Positions 25,229-38,062 of a stretch of DNA of 64,000 nt are shown piece by piece. The DNA is taken from NCBI GenBank assembly GCA_973895155.1, contig OZ316896.1:22649722-22713721 (forward strand), read 5' to 3'. Position 1 is the stretch's first letter, and each line of letters opens with the position of its first letter. This DNA is from Marsupella aquatica (Eukaryota > Plantae > Marchantiophyta). A program made the translations under genes and the position numbers. Under the pieces are notes generated by a model, which was not told where the DNA came from, made no database searches, and worked only from the letters and a program-made list of their open reading frames with translations.

Positions 25229-27449
25229 ATGGAATAAACTACTGAAACAGAGTTAGCCTAATGAACTAGCTTATTGAGAAGAAAATTTCTTTCTTCAATT
25301 AAAACAGATTGAGGACAGTGAAAATTCTCCTCTAGTTTCAATCTTTTGGAAATGAGGATACCAAGACTTAGGAGGTGGAGGACAATTAAACTTCTGAAAT
25401 GCAAGTTCAGTTGGCTCATGATCGAGAGAATTCATTAAGTGAAGTTAAACTGGAATCGTATATATGGAATGCTAATGAACCCAGTTTTAAATCCATCATG
25501 AGATTTACTAACTGTCTCCATCTCTCCCTTCAAACTATCCATCATTCCTTTCAATGCTCTGATACCATCTCAGAATATCAATAAGCACTTTATTGACTAA
25601 TACAACATAAGCAAACTATGATGAATGATATGAATGTGTTATGAGTAATCTACAACTATGAGACTAAATAGGATTCATCTCTAGAAGGATGAACCTGAAA
25701 AGAAGAGGTGTACTCTTTCAGATAGGTGTACCCTTTCAGGTGTAACCCTTACATATGAACTAGGTGTAACCCTTCAGGTGTAATCCTCTACATATGAATT
25801 AACATGAATATGCTTAGTGCATGTTCATATTACCCCTTAACAGTTTCCATCTCTTGTGTTCTCAATCCATCGAGATTTGTTTCAATTCTGTCCGGTCCAT
25901 CAAACTGTGCAACTTAGATTGAATAGTCTTTTGAATTCAGTCTCATCCTAGATGTTTCTGATTAGTTTCATTGATTTGTAAACAAACCATTCAATACATT
26001 TTCCATCAGACACTTATGTAATCATGGATGTGCTGAGTCTCATGGATTTCTCAGCTCAGTTTCATTTACATGTATAGGCCAGCAAATTTTGTTTCCAGCA
26101 ATTGCATTCTCATAGAATTTTACCAATCAGAGCCAATACTGAGCGCATGATCAGTGAGGCACAATTTGAACAATCTGTGTAGTCAGTCTCGAGGATGACT
26201 CTGATCAGTGCACTTACAATCTGGTTGGATGTCTTTAAAACTTGAGAGACAAGAACGCTATAATTTCAGTAATAAGATGTACCTCTCCTAATAAATCTAT
26301 GTCCCCAGGCAACTGTGCTCTGGAAACTACCTCTTCCCGTTCCACCAGATGGTTGAGTCCCAGCTTTTCATTCTCCAGGTGGTGGATCTTGTCAACAAGC
26401 CCCACGCTCTTCCTCTTGTGCCAATAACAACGGTTCTAATTTTTTACTGGCCGGGTCTAGAAAGCTATCATGATGTAACGCATAAGTGTAGTCTATCTGT
26501 AGTAGTAGCTGCAGTTTAGAGACCGATTGCCCAATGTTTTCAAGATTTGGAGGTTAGGGTGTACATGGGTTAATATAGATGTGGAGACCACTCAAGTCAC
26601 AGATGGAGAAATTATTTAATTGTCGCGTTTGTTATGGAAAAGTGACATGTTCAGGATTTAGCTGTAAAAACTTAATGCCCTTTGTAATTTTCCAATTTAT
26701 TGTAATTGTTAGGGTATTTCTAGATTTGGAACAGCTAATTTTGAAAATTTAGTTTGTAGTGCTAGTAGAATTAGTGAAAACGAGAATCTTTTAGGCTAGC
26801 AGGTGTGTTAATATATTGTTAGTATAGTACCCATATGTGCAATAATAACCCCTCAAAACTAGAATTAGAGCTTTGCTTTTCTTGACACCTACTATTAGCA
26901 TAGCAAAATGTATGTATAATTATAACCCTTTAAAACTAAAACTCAAGCTCTTGTTTTCCTGGACATTGTAGCCCACCCCAATGTTTGACAAATAAGACTA
27001 ATAGTGCTTATGTACCTAAACACTTTCAAGAATCCTGAAGGAGAACTTAAAGACAAGTTCTAGCTCAGTGTTGCAATTGTCCACAACGGGGTTCCATTAA
27101 TTGAGCCCTCAAACATCCAAGATCACTGGAGACAAAGTCAGATGTCCAGATTTATATTGAGAGTATCATCTAAAAGAAAAGTGCTACTGTAGATGTACCA
27201 TAGTTACCTAACCATACACACTGCACCACTTCTTCCCTTAAATGTGCACATACTATTTGCAGGACTTTTTGGGTGCAACCCTGTATAGGTACAGAGTTTT
27301 TTTTAAAGGATAAACTATGAAATTATAGTAGCAATTAAACTCTACTTGCCATGCAATTCAGAGATAATTAACTTGAGTAAGTTGGATAATTCTTAACGCA
27401 TTCTAATTCAGAACACATAGAAATTAAGATAAATGATAGTCAGAGCTGA

Positions 27450-28060
27450 TATATTTAAAAATGCCCAAAGACAGGAAATCAAAACCGGAGGCAGGATTCC
27501 CGAGGCCAAAGCACTCAATAAATTAAGGGAGTGAAAAGGGAAAGACCACAAGAAGGCAAGGGAGGGCCCAACACAACAACAACAAATCTACAAAGTAACA
27601 AGCAAACTAAGGTCTAAGACCCTAATGAGTAGAGAATTGGAAAGCCTAATAGAGCTATGCAGTGAAGCGCTTAGGAGGGTCGCGGAGGGGAATATGTCTG
27701 ACTAGAGACCCTAAAACCAACCACCTTGGTTAGAAGGAGAATGGTGAAAGCCTCAGCCCTCTATCTTAACTGCCATTGACACCCACTGTCAAAAGAAGGT
27801 TATGAGAACAAAACAGGGGAAATGGGCCTTCACTTGAAACAAACAATCACAGAAGCTCGAAGAAAAAAGACAAGCAAGGGTGGAGAGCTCCAAAATCTCT
27901 AGTCAGAGCAAAAGCCGGGTAGAAAATTCCTCGGGTAGCAAATGGAATAGGCCCGAGGTGAAGAGAAACGAAGGAGCTCGTGTCAGTGGAAGGGGGCCCA
28001 CAAAGCCTGACTAATTGGTTAGAAAACAAATGATAAAGCCTGAAAATCCACCAATCCTTT
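27450..28060 (-). mobile_element. Probable 3' fragment of a non-LTR retroelement
   Basis: Degenerate minus-strand coding (..DPPKRFT..AFQFS..) similar to 40420-40520, followed by a pyrimidine-rich tail with a similar end (tgccca.ag next to tatat). The family assignment is inference. Confidence 0.35.
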
Positions 28061-28479
28061 GGTCACTACATACTAAAGCTATCTTAGTTTGTTTCTTCAG
28101 AAAACCCTGTAAACAACCATTTAAAGTCACTTTATCATTCGAGGTCAAAATTTTGATGCTCCAAGAATTTTGATTGAATGCCCTGAACCCTAAACCCTAA
28201 ACTAGCAAACAAGGACTTAACTTAACAGGACCCCTCTGGCATCTTCTGGACTTAACCAGACCCTTGTGAGTAAAATGCCTTCAAGATCTGAGGAAAATAG
28301 GAAGGCACAGGGGTGTTATAAGTCTTTTTGTCACACAGGGTAGGTTCCAGATCTTAGAGGGTCCTGGCCTGTTAAGTTCTTTTCTTGCCCAACTAATAGC
28401 ACTAGGAATACGTAGTCAGTAAATATCGACGATTGTATAATTTGAAGGACGGAAATACCAATCCAAGAGCCATTGCTGC

Positions 28480-30340
28480 CAGAAAGCAAGATAACCAATA
28501 TCAAAGTTCACGCAGTAAGTTTCAGATGTTCGCAAGAATGCGTGATCTGGATCAAATTGACTGCCAGTCAGTCACAGTTTGGGCCCGCTAGATCCTCCAA
28601 AAGTACCATTCCCAAGTGCCCCTTCATGTTCAGTATAAGTACACTTTTGATAGAGTACGTCCCACCCAGCTACTCCCTCAGGTGCGTGAACAGTTTATAG
28701 GTGCGTGAACAGATTATTATAATAAGTATGACTTGGACAACTTTAATGAATTTAATCTGATGACAGAACCTACTGGCCTGGATTATCTGCCGATACTCAT
28801 ATAGTAGACCGCGGCCTTACGGCAGAAAATGGAGGAGTGCCCGACTCGAAGTTGGACCACCGCCAATTATTTCGTTCCCGGGAGGTCCTGCCCAAGGCGC
28901 GCAGCCACCATGCCAACCTGTCACCAAACTTCACATCGCATCCAGAGTTTTATCTTCTGTGTGACGGCCGACCCCAATTTAATCATCCAACCCCAGACCT
29001 TCCTGCCTGGTGTGAGGGCCCACACCAGATTCAATGTACACATCCACACAAGAAAGCCATCTGTCCCACCCCGTAGTAAAATTGGGATGCGCTTGGTTTC
29101 GGCTGACAGCGCAAAGCGAAACAGCAAGGAGACAGGAAAAATAATACAACGAACAATAGGGACCCTCTATCTCAGCCCAATAATACCGGATATACAATTG
29201 ATCTGGAACCGAATCTGCAAGAGCACAACGATGACTCCCCGAACTAGCCAGACGCCACTTTGCGGATCCAACGAATTGCAGCTTGGCGATTTACCGTCTA
29301 ATTTTGGAGTGGTTTTTGCTTTGTAAGCAACACCCCAGTTGAGCGGTAGTTTTCGGGTCTGACTAACTTAAAATAAAATGATAGGTGTTGAGGGCCGAAC
29401 TGTACAAAATAATGAATACGTACTGCACCCTTTGGATGGAAGCGCTCATGATCGAGACTAGCTTCCTTGGGTGACACTTCACTCGTAGTTGGTCATGCGA
29501 CAACCCTATGGGCGCCCTACTCCCGCGTCAATCTTGTCACTATCACTTTTTGTACTCCGGTTCTCCACTCGGTGGTGACTCAAGTCTCTGCGGGGGCTGT
29601 AAAGTCAGTCTGGATGGTACGACGTGCTAGTATTTGAGAAACTAGTTGGGCAATCGAAATTCTTGGAGCATCATCGATCTGCAGATCAGACTCAGCGGCT
29701 GACATTAATCAAATACTTCGGATGGAGCTTCAAGATCAGCACGGTGTCTTTCCTTCTCCTCTCCTGCTGCTTGGACCATGTGAAGCTTAAACTCTTCTAT
29801 CAGAAGGACGAGTCCCAGCTTTACAATCTCCATGTGGGGATCTGGCGGATCTGGTCACCAAGCGCTGCACTCGTCCTCTTTATTTTGCCAACAACGCTTT
29901 TAATTTCTTATTCTGCCTTGAGAATGAAAGCTATGTAACGCTCGTAGCTGCAGTTTAGAGACAGATTGCCCAGTGTTCCGCAAGGTCAGGGTGTATTGAC
30001 AGATTGCCTAGTGTTTCCGCAAGGTCAGGGTGTACGTAGGGTGTAATGTGGAGGCCACTCAGCAACTGATCGATGATTGCATTAATTGTCGCATTCTTTA
30101 TGGAAATCAGGAAATGTGACACATTCAGTGTTTCGTGTTAGAACATAATGCACTTCCTAATTTAATAATTTATTGTAATTTTCTCGGTATTTAAAGATTT
30201 TGATCTATTAATTTTGAACATCCTTTTTGATTTCTACTGATTTGTAAAAACTATAAATCTTTTTAGGCATTCAAGTGTGTAAAGGTAATGTTAGCGTACC
30301 CATATGTGCTAGATTAAAGCCCCTCAAAACTGGAATTGAG
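28480..30340 (+). repeat. Gene-less relic of the kelch locus (promoter module joined to flank sequence)
   Basis: 28480-29615 parallels 16590-17690 (caagtgccccttcatg, accaaacttcac, gggtgacacttca, cttgtcactatcacttttt). 29620-30340 parallels 8260-8810 and 26300-26870. Confidence 0.75.
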
Positions 30341-30999
30341 TGTGGTTGTTCAAGAACTTGGGCACCAACTCCTTTTTTTCTTCTTCTATGCAATCACATG
30401 AGAATAGATGCAATCCTAGCCATTCATATGTGGGAACAAGCCACACTTCACTTTACATAAACTTGGCCGGGGGCACGTCTCAAGCAAAACCATTACCAAA
30501 CCAAGTCATCGAGAAGGGATCATTTTTTTGGTGATGTGTACATGCTTTTTTATTAAAAAATTTAGACCTCATCAACTTGGTCGAGAACAATTGAACAAAC
30601 AACCACTTCTTTTCAGGGAATATATAATTGTATTTATCACTTCTAGACCTCAGACACACATTTTGGCTCAAATATTTTAGCTACAATTAGCGTATGGAAG
30701 TGGCCATCAGCTTTAATTATGGGGGATGGAGCACATACGTACTGAATGGCGCACAGACTATTTGGGTGCAACACTGTATAGTATGTAGTTTTTTTTGGAA
30801 AGTAAGTCCAATAACTATGAAATAGTAACAATTAAAGTCTATTTGATAAACAAAGAGATAAGTAATAAATTCAACAGCAGTGACACTTAACGTGAGTGTC
30901 CATCTCTCAAGAAATGTTTAACTCGATTGAGTACATCAAGAATTCAATGACTCTGCTTGAGATAGGTCCTTAAATGGAAGAGAAACCATTGGACAAACT

Positions 31000-32690
31000 A
31001 TGCGCATGTTTCCTTAATTGATCCAACCAAGCTATCTTGCTCTATATAAGCATTTGGGTTTATCTGAATGCTAGTTTGAATATATGTATATAGACTGGTT
31101 TCATACAAAAAGAAAACATCTTTGAATATTCCAACTGGAGGTTTTCTATTCAACCAACTACCCAAGGATATTAAAATCTTGGAATTATATAAAGTTTTAT
31201 TTGGCTGGCCATTCTCTAGCTCAAGGTTCCGGAATCTCTTCACTTGTCAAGGCCAGTCCAGGCTTCTAATTGTTAATGACAAATGTTGTTTCCTAGGCAA
31301 TTAATTTGGGCAAACTAAGTCTCATCCTGCTTAGTGGACCCCTCTTCCAAAAAAAATCATAATACAATCTTATTTCTCTTTGACCAAATTTTGCACATGT
31401 TGTTCTGACTGGTCTATATTTCTTTTATTCAACATTATTTCCCATTCCACAAATTGAACAAAAATCTCCATCCAATCACCTTACTTATCACTCAACCTTT
31501 CCAACTACAAAATTTTTCTTCAACCATAAAAAACTAGTCATTTCCAAAATTTGATTTAATTTCTTGTCAAAATTGGTAGTCGGCAAAGGTGCATTCAATC
31601 AGGAAACAAATATAGAATTCATTTGTAGCTTCTCTGTTTTACGTCATGATTGATGTATAGAATCCCAATTCAATATCTTATTCTTGTTTCTTGCAATCAC
31701 ACCAAGGCTAGTAATCCCACCAGTTATTCCACCTTTGTTTTACCATTTTCTCTCCTATTTTAGAATTGAAGCTTTTGATCAAGCTAGTCACCAGCAGGAA
31801 CTTGCTAATTAGATCTCAGCAAAACTTAATTTGAGAAGAAAGCTTTGAGATCTCAAATTTATTTTTTATGGAAATTCTACAGCAATTATGTGTTCAAAAG
31901 ACATTCACTGGAGTTTATATTCCAAACTCAACCATTGATATCCAAAAAATGGGATTTGCTCCCCAATTTGCACACGTACTTCTATCACTGCCCGGTCACA
32001 CTTCTCAGCCGACAGATTAGTCTCAATTTCCATTCAGACCAGGCCTTTCCTCCTATGTTCTCACACAAATTTCATTCAGCCCATTTATTGCCCCCTCCAT
32101 CTCTACTCAATGCTATGAATTCAGTTCACTCAGGAGTTGTCTTACTTAGTTCAATCGATCAATTTCCTTCTCCTGCCAAGAATAACTGTGAGCTCGTTTT
32201 GCAACAAACCAAACGTCCAATTAAGGACAGACCTTCAATTCCCAAGAAAACTCTGAATACAATAGTCTGCAACTATCCCGGCCTATCTTGCTAAAATTAT
32301 TTAGAAAATCATTCCAAGTAATCAATCCAGAACTTCTTGAATTGAGTCAATGTTTAGCAAGAACATCTAACAAATCAACTTCCAACTTTCCAGATAAGTG
32401 CAACTGTTATTAGCTTTGGTTCAAGAAAAAAGTCAGTCCCCTCTTTGATAGCTTTGCCCATTCAAATTTCAACTAGTAAGGCAAAACCCTGCTTCTAGCT
32501 TCTGGGCTTTTGGCCACAGCGCAAGAGAGTAGAACCTGGCAAACGGGACCAGCAATGATAGAGTCACCGGGAAGCTCCCTCACTGACAATCGAATGATCC
32601 CACCTTAATTCGTCAAGCCATGTCCCCTTTGTTCCTGAAGATGAGCTCTGTCCAATTTCACCCCCATCCACAGCTTCCATAATAATAGTC
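31000..32690 (-). mobile_element. Highly decayed LINE ORF2-like relic
   Basis: Scattered minus-strand peptide remnants (EWAK.S, SWKG..S, FFW) in the order expected for plant L1 ORF2. No intact ORF. Confidence 0.3.
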
Positions 32691-33198
32691 TCTTCATTGT
32701 GACAGAAAAATCTATGAAGCCATTTCTCAACATTCAGAGTTGGTTACTAGTTTGGCAACCGTTTTATTTGTTGCCAAAATTGAGAATATATTCTATATTT
32801 TTAATAAAAACAAAAGATAACTCAAAGGGTTACCATTTGAAAAATAGACATCTTATTGTGTATTTGATTTACTTTTTTCACTTTTATATGTAGAAATTAT
32901 TGCATGGTGACCTAGTTGTTACAGAAAACTTGCCACAAACAGGATCTAGGAACATTTGTTTTTCCTGCAAAACAGTTGTGTCGTCTTTGTTGACAACAGT
33001 GTTCATGTGGCACTTCCTCTCGTGTCAGGGAATTTGTAGGAGACTCCTAATGGGGGTCCATAAAATTTAAATGTATTGACTCTGAGAAATTAGAGTATCC
33101 ATGAGAACACAATTGATACGAAATATATTAGATTGGATATCTTATACAGTATCAACTGATCAGAAACGAGCACTAGACTGAATTAGAGATTGGACGTC

Positions 33199-33296
33199 AA
33201 GCTGAGCTTCACTGTATCATCCATGAGCTCACTAGCCCCTCATTAATAAGCTGAGCTTCACTGTATCACCCATGAGCTCACTAGCCCCTCATTAAT
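33199..33296. repeat. 49-bp tandem duplication
   Basis: aagctgagcttcactgtatca(t/c)ccatgagctcactagcccctcattaat x2. Confidence 0.9.
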
Positions 33297-33386
33297 AAGA
33301 ATATATAGGAACGCAAGTAATGAAAATTATATCATTTTTATTCATGTGGCTATCTAAAACAAATTAGATTGAACACAAACATCCAA

Positions 33387-33570
33387 GAGATTGAATTCGA
33401 AAGACTCTGACTCCCATTTGAGTTTCAGAGTGAATACAATTCCTCCAGAAGAGACTGAATTCGAAAAACTCTTCCATTTGAGTTTCACAGTGAATACAAT
33501 TCCTCCAGAAGAGACTGAATTCGAAACTCTACCATTTGAGTTTCACAGTGGATACAATTCCTCCAGGGAT
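33387..33570. repeat. ~60-bp tandem repeat x3
   Basis: gaga(c/t)tgaattcgaaa..ccatttgagtttca.agtg.atacaattcctccag repeated three times. Related to motifs in the kelch 3' flank (~4085-4350). Confidence 0.85.
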
Positions 33571-33914
33571 TGAGAACACAAGGGATAAAAAAACATTATT
33601 TTTTGGTTTGTTTTCCGCTCAACAAATTAATCTGATGATGAATGAAAGTACGTACTCACTCGACAAAAATCTGTATGAAAACACAAGTGATGGAATATAG
33701 CTCACCATTTTATTCGTTTGTTTACATAGAAACAAACCTCATCCTGATCTACGGAAAATCTCATCAGCCAGGGGGAACTCGATCTCCTGTTCTATCACGT
33801 ACATGACTTTCTTCAATCAGGAGGAGCCGTTCCAGAAAACAAAACGGCCTAGCTATCGAAAGAATAATGCCCATTAGATTTGGCCTAACTTGTGCATCTG
33901 TTACGGAATCTGTT

Positions 33915-34025
33915 GCTCAAACTCGAAGAATATGCAAGAAGGGAGACTTCAAACCGAACAAAGAAAGCGAATATAGCTAGAACTCGCTCCCACACAATAC
34001 TTTGATCCTTGACACCGAACCCTGT
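33915..34025 (-). pseudogene. 3'-terminal fragment of a third F-box/kelch copy
   Basis: Minus strand reads TGFGVKDQSIVWERVL, matching the C-terminus of copies A and B. Adjacent 33670-33900 matches their 3' flank. Confidence 0.8.
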
Positions 34026-34099
34026 AAATCTTATCTGCCAGAAAATCGATCTCCTGCTGTATCAACTTTAGATCTAACTTTCTTGATAAAGTATGCGGA

Positions 34100-35600
34100 T
34101 ATCTACTGTTCGGCAGAGGACCTGGACACAGGAAGTATTCACGCATTGGAAGTTTGTGTCGAATTCCTTGGTTGACAAAAATTCTTTGCATCGTTTCGAT
34201 TTGCAGCATTCAAGCTGGAAGACTCTGACCTCTAGACGTCATCACACCCGCGGCTACAAAGGAAAAGAAAAGAAAAGGAGGCCTTCTTAATGGGAGTTGC
34301 TCATCCCTTGGTTCATCCATGCAATCCTAACCAACAAAGCAGTTAGCATAATTCCATCATTGACGGACGAAACAGGCAGAGATAATCACACACATATCCG
34401 AAGATTGACAACCCCGTGAGGCAGCGACGCTTATCTAAATTGAACCTACAGCGGCGCGCGGTATTCAGTATTCCTGTGGGCGAACTGGCTACCACAAACT
34501 GGTAGACAAGAATGCAGGAGGAGGTCATTAAAGGCTTGCTGCATGACCATGACGAGTGAAGTGTCACCGAACGAAGCCAGTGTAGTCTCCATCGTGAGGG
34601 ATTCGTTCCTGATTGTACAGTGACTATTTTATCAGTTGGTGCATTTGTGCCCTCACACCAGGATTTTAAATTTTAAACTAATTCTCTGGTAACTATACGA
34701 AAACCTAAGGATAAATTAAATGGTAAATAGACGAACTGCTGTCCGTTAGATCCACAAGTAGCGAGCTTTGCTCCTTAATATGTGGCCCTCTTGATGGTGG
34801 GAGCTGGCTCTGCTGTCCGTTAGATCCCCAGTAGCGAGTTTTGCTCCTTCTTAAAATGTGGGCCCTCTTGATATATGGTGGGAGCTGGCTGGTTGGGTGG
34901 CTAGTTCGGTGACTCACCGATATCCAGTGTAATTGTAAATTGAGCCCAGATCACTAGTATCTTCCGTATCGCAAGCTTGGGATGTAGGTCCTGGTTCTCT
35001 TGCTTTTCCCAATTTCCTTGCTGTTGTTGTGTGGGTCGTCTGCCACAACCCAGGGCATCCCCAAGGCATCCCCACTTTTACTACTGGGTGGTGGCCGGGA
35101 CACATGGCTAGCCAAAACTGGATAGCCACTTTGGCTATACTTCGAAACAGGAAGGTCTCGTGGCTGGGATCAGACGTGAAGTTTGGTGTCACGTTGGCAT
35201 GGTGGCTAACTGCCTTAGGAGACAAATCCTTAACTTGTGAGAAGGATCTCTTTTGCCTGCCTTAGGCGAAAACTGCCTAACTTGTGAGAGGGATCTCCTT
35301 TGCCTGCCTTAGGCGAAAACTCCTTAACTTGTGGGAAGGATCTCCTTTGCCCCAGAAATGACATTATTCGTTATAGTCCAACTTCGAGTATAGGTCTGGT
35401 TCTCTCACTTACAACCACGCCGCTTTTTAAACCTAACGCCATGCTGGACGATATGAACACTATCAAAAGTCTAGTTACAATTAATATGAAAGCGCATATA
35501 CTTGGGGATGTTAGTTATTGAGGATCGAGCGTAGGAATTAATCTGTGACCGACTGGCAATCGATTTGGTCGGGATCATGCCTTTTTGCAAAGGTTTAGGT
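34100..35600 (-). repeat. Diverged copy of the kelch upstream module, including a ~40-bp tandem repeat x3 (35211-35350)
   Basis: Matches 16200-16530 and 6870-7600 (tgaagtgtcacc, gacgtgaagtttggtg, gtccaacttcgagt). tgccttagg.ga.aa.tcc.taacttgtg..a.ggatctc occurs three times. Confidence 0.65.
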
Positions 35601-36744
35601 TATGTAGCTCCACGGCAGTATTGGCCGGATATTCACGTCTACACACTTACTACACGATCCTTCACCTTGACTGAGTAAATCATAGTGCAAGTTGTCCAAA
35701 TATCAGATCTCCGTGCGCAATTGAAATTTTTCAGCATCCTGTGCGGATCACTCTACCGACGGGAGGATTTTTGAGTTTCATACATCTATCACACGTACAA
35801 ATATTTGTCTCACTGTCAGTCGGACAACAAGTAGGGAGCAAATTAAAAAGATCGATCAATCACCAGTATGTTCGTGCAGGACCGCTTATCGCATCTGCCA
35901 AGTGAAGGAGTTATGGTTTAATTGTTCTTGTTTGATTTCCACATTAGGTACATTCTTAAGATTCTTTCCAGGACCCTGCATTGCTTTGACTAGAACATGA
36001 TTGACTATGTCACTCTTAATTAAAGATTTGAGCCCGAAAGATTGAATCGCAGATACAGAATTTCAATTTTAGCATCATGAACTACGTAATTAAAAGGAAA
36101 ATTCGCTTCAGTTGGCATGATTTGTTAGTAGGTCAGAGGCACCGACTGGCAATTATGTTCTGAAAGGTAATGAAGCTAACTTGCATCTAAATTTTGGTAG
36201 TTTAGAATTGTCTGTGTGTAATTAATTAGTGGCTGACTATGAACACAACCGAGATATTGATGAGGTTTTTAATTTTCTAGTTGAGTCAAGGCGCTTATTG
36301 TCAAGCTTAAATTTGTGTCTTCTCCAAGCTGTTCAATTTCAATTAAAGGTCAAAGCCAGCCGTCAGGTTAGACCGATGTTTCATTGGTCAGATTTTTTAA
36401 TGAGTATTTCTCTTGCATGTCGAACAGTTCCACTTTTCTTCTTGCATTTGCTTCAACCCTCTTCATGTGCCTCGCATGGAAAGTCAAGATCAGCAGGTGT
36501 GTGTTGAGAGGGTGTTGAGTTTATACTGAGGATCGATGGAGGAGATCGAGTGTTGGGAGGCGGAAGGCAATAGCGTTATGAAGATTTTTGGCAGTTAAGA
36601 CGAAGTACTGAAAGATCTCAAAGAAGGCTATGGTTTACCTCCTACGCAGAATGGTAGGCAATGGATACAGGAAGATTTTGGCTGAAATGGAAGGAAAGAG
36701 AAGAGCTAGCAGTGCCCAGGGTCCTCAGTTATAATTTTCTTTCG

Positions 36745-36925
36745 ACCGATCGCGTGAAGAAGTTTAGTGGTTTTTAACCCAATTGCGGGGAAGACTTTGA
36801 AAGTTTTGTTGAAGAAATCCAGTTTTGAGTTTTGAGACTTATAAGAACTATAGGCGTTTTAATACCAAATGTGTGAATATTCCTAGAATATTTTATAAAG
36901 ATAGGGGTTAAAAATACTAAAAATC
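36745..36925. mobile_element. Diverged internal fragment related to the CTCGGGGG MITE
   Basis: Shares gggaagactt, ttttgagacttataagaac, gaatattcc.agaatatt and gggttaaaaa with 23920-24060. No TIRs seen. Confidence 0.5.
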
Positions 36926-38062
36926 TACTCATTTGCATAAGCTTTTGGGTAATTGTTTATTACTTCAAACTGTGTGTGTGATATGGGATTTCCATTGGAG
37001 TAAGGCCCCCAAGGAGCGCTACGTTGGGCTGTGGTGTATATGTGGGAAGGACATTGGTTTTTTTTAGCCTGAGGCAGTGGCAATGCGGTGGTAGAGATCT
37101 TTAAGAGGGTTCTGTCATGTATGATCTGGCGCCAAAAAGAGGTTAGTAGAACAATGTGCATAAGGCGAGAGGAGAAGTCAAAGTGTTGTGTGATTGGGAA
37201 ATTCATAAACTTTTAGTGGAAGATGCTCAAGAGAGATTGGCCAGCAGAGGTCAAAGGAGGCATGAAAGTTTTGACTGAGATGGAGAAAAAGAGCAGCACA
37301 ATGTTTGTAAAATGAGGCGAATGAAGTGGTGGTTGTCTTGCGTATGCATGGGAGTGTAAGGAATCTATTGATTGGGAAGAGAGGGAATTCTGATGTGCGG
37401 CAATAGGTGTTCAACAAAAGCAAAACATAATTCATGTTACAATAGCGAGACCGCTTGCAAGGAAAGAAAGTCAGACTACTTAAGACCTGAGAGTGAAAGG
37501 ATGGTGGTTTCCAGAATTCTCTTGATTGAATGTGAAACAAAAGGCTGAAGGTTCTTTGGCTTTGCTCACTGGGATATTCATTGCACTTAGCACCCGCAAG
37601 GGAGATCACAAATTTAAGATTGAGGTAGACAGAACTCTGGCACTTACAAAGAAAATGATGAAATCAAGCCGAGGTGAGATTACTATAAAACACTTAGTTA
37701 AACATGTAGTGATGAAAGACCTGGTTCCCTCTAGTGAATGTTGTTGAAAGAAGGAGATTGCAACAATGTCAAGTTGATCTTTAATTTAAATGAACCTTAA
37801 ATTGTTACATTAATTCCTTCTAGCTAGCCTCAAGCCTTGGCCTCAAGTGTTGAGCATTGGCGATATTCACAACGACATGCCCACAACCATTCAACAATCA
37901 AGTAGTCAACACAAACTGAGACTTAGATATGTGGTCCACTATTATGGAGGGGCCCTACATCATGTGCAAACTAAGGTTTGGATTACTTACAACCCCCGTA
38001 ATTCACTTTATGTAAAGTTGTACGATATCAATCAGTGTGGATTGCAGACTAAATCGCCCATA

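Larger units (their letters stand above)
20313..25842 (-). mobile_element. Ty1/copia LTR retrotransposon, full length but decayed
   Basis: 275-bp LTRs at 20313-20587 and 25568-25842 (3 substitutions). TSD GTTTC (20308-20312, 25843-25847). PBS TGGTATCAGAGC on minus (25556-25567) and PPT next to 20588. Domain order gag-PR-INT-RT-RH. Confidence 0.95.
16590..26900 (+). repeat. Right arm of inverted segmental duplication (interrupted by copia 20313-25842)
   Basis: Reverse-complement homology to 3170-7860 on both sides of the copia insertion. Confidence 0.85.

Noticed and set aside
28181-28201. Telomere-like ccctaaa repeats (also ~39039-39052)
   Set aside because: Only 2-3 units, common in plant DNA and too short to call interstitial telomere.
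28829-29326. 165-aa ORF in the repeated upstream module
   Set aside because: The frame is not preserved in the other copies of the module.
36229-36720. Possible PIF/Harbinger transposase remnant
   Set aside because: Only a vague resemblance, with no catalytic motifs, TIRs or TSD identified.
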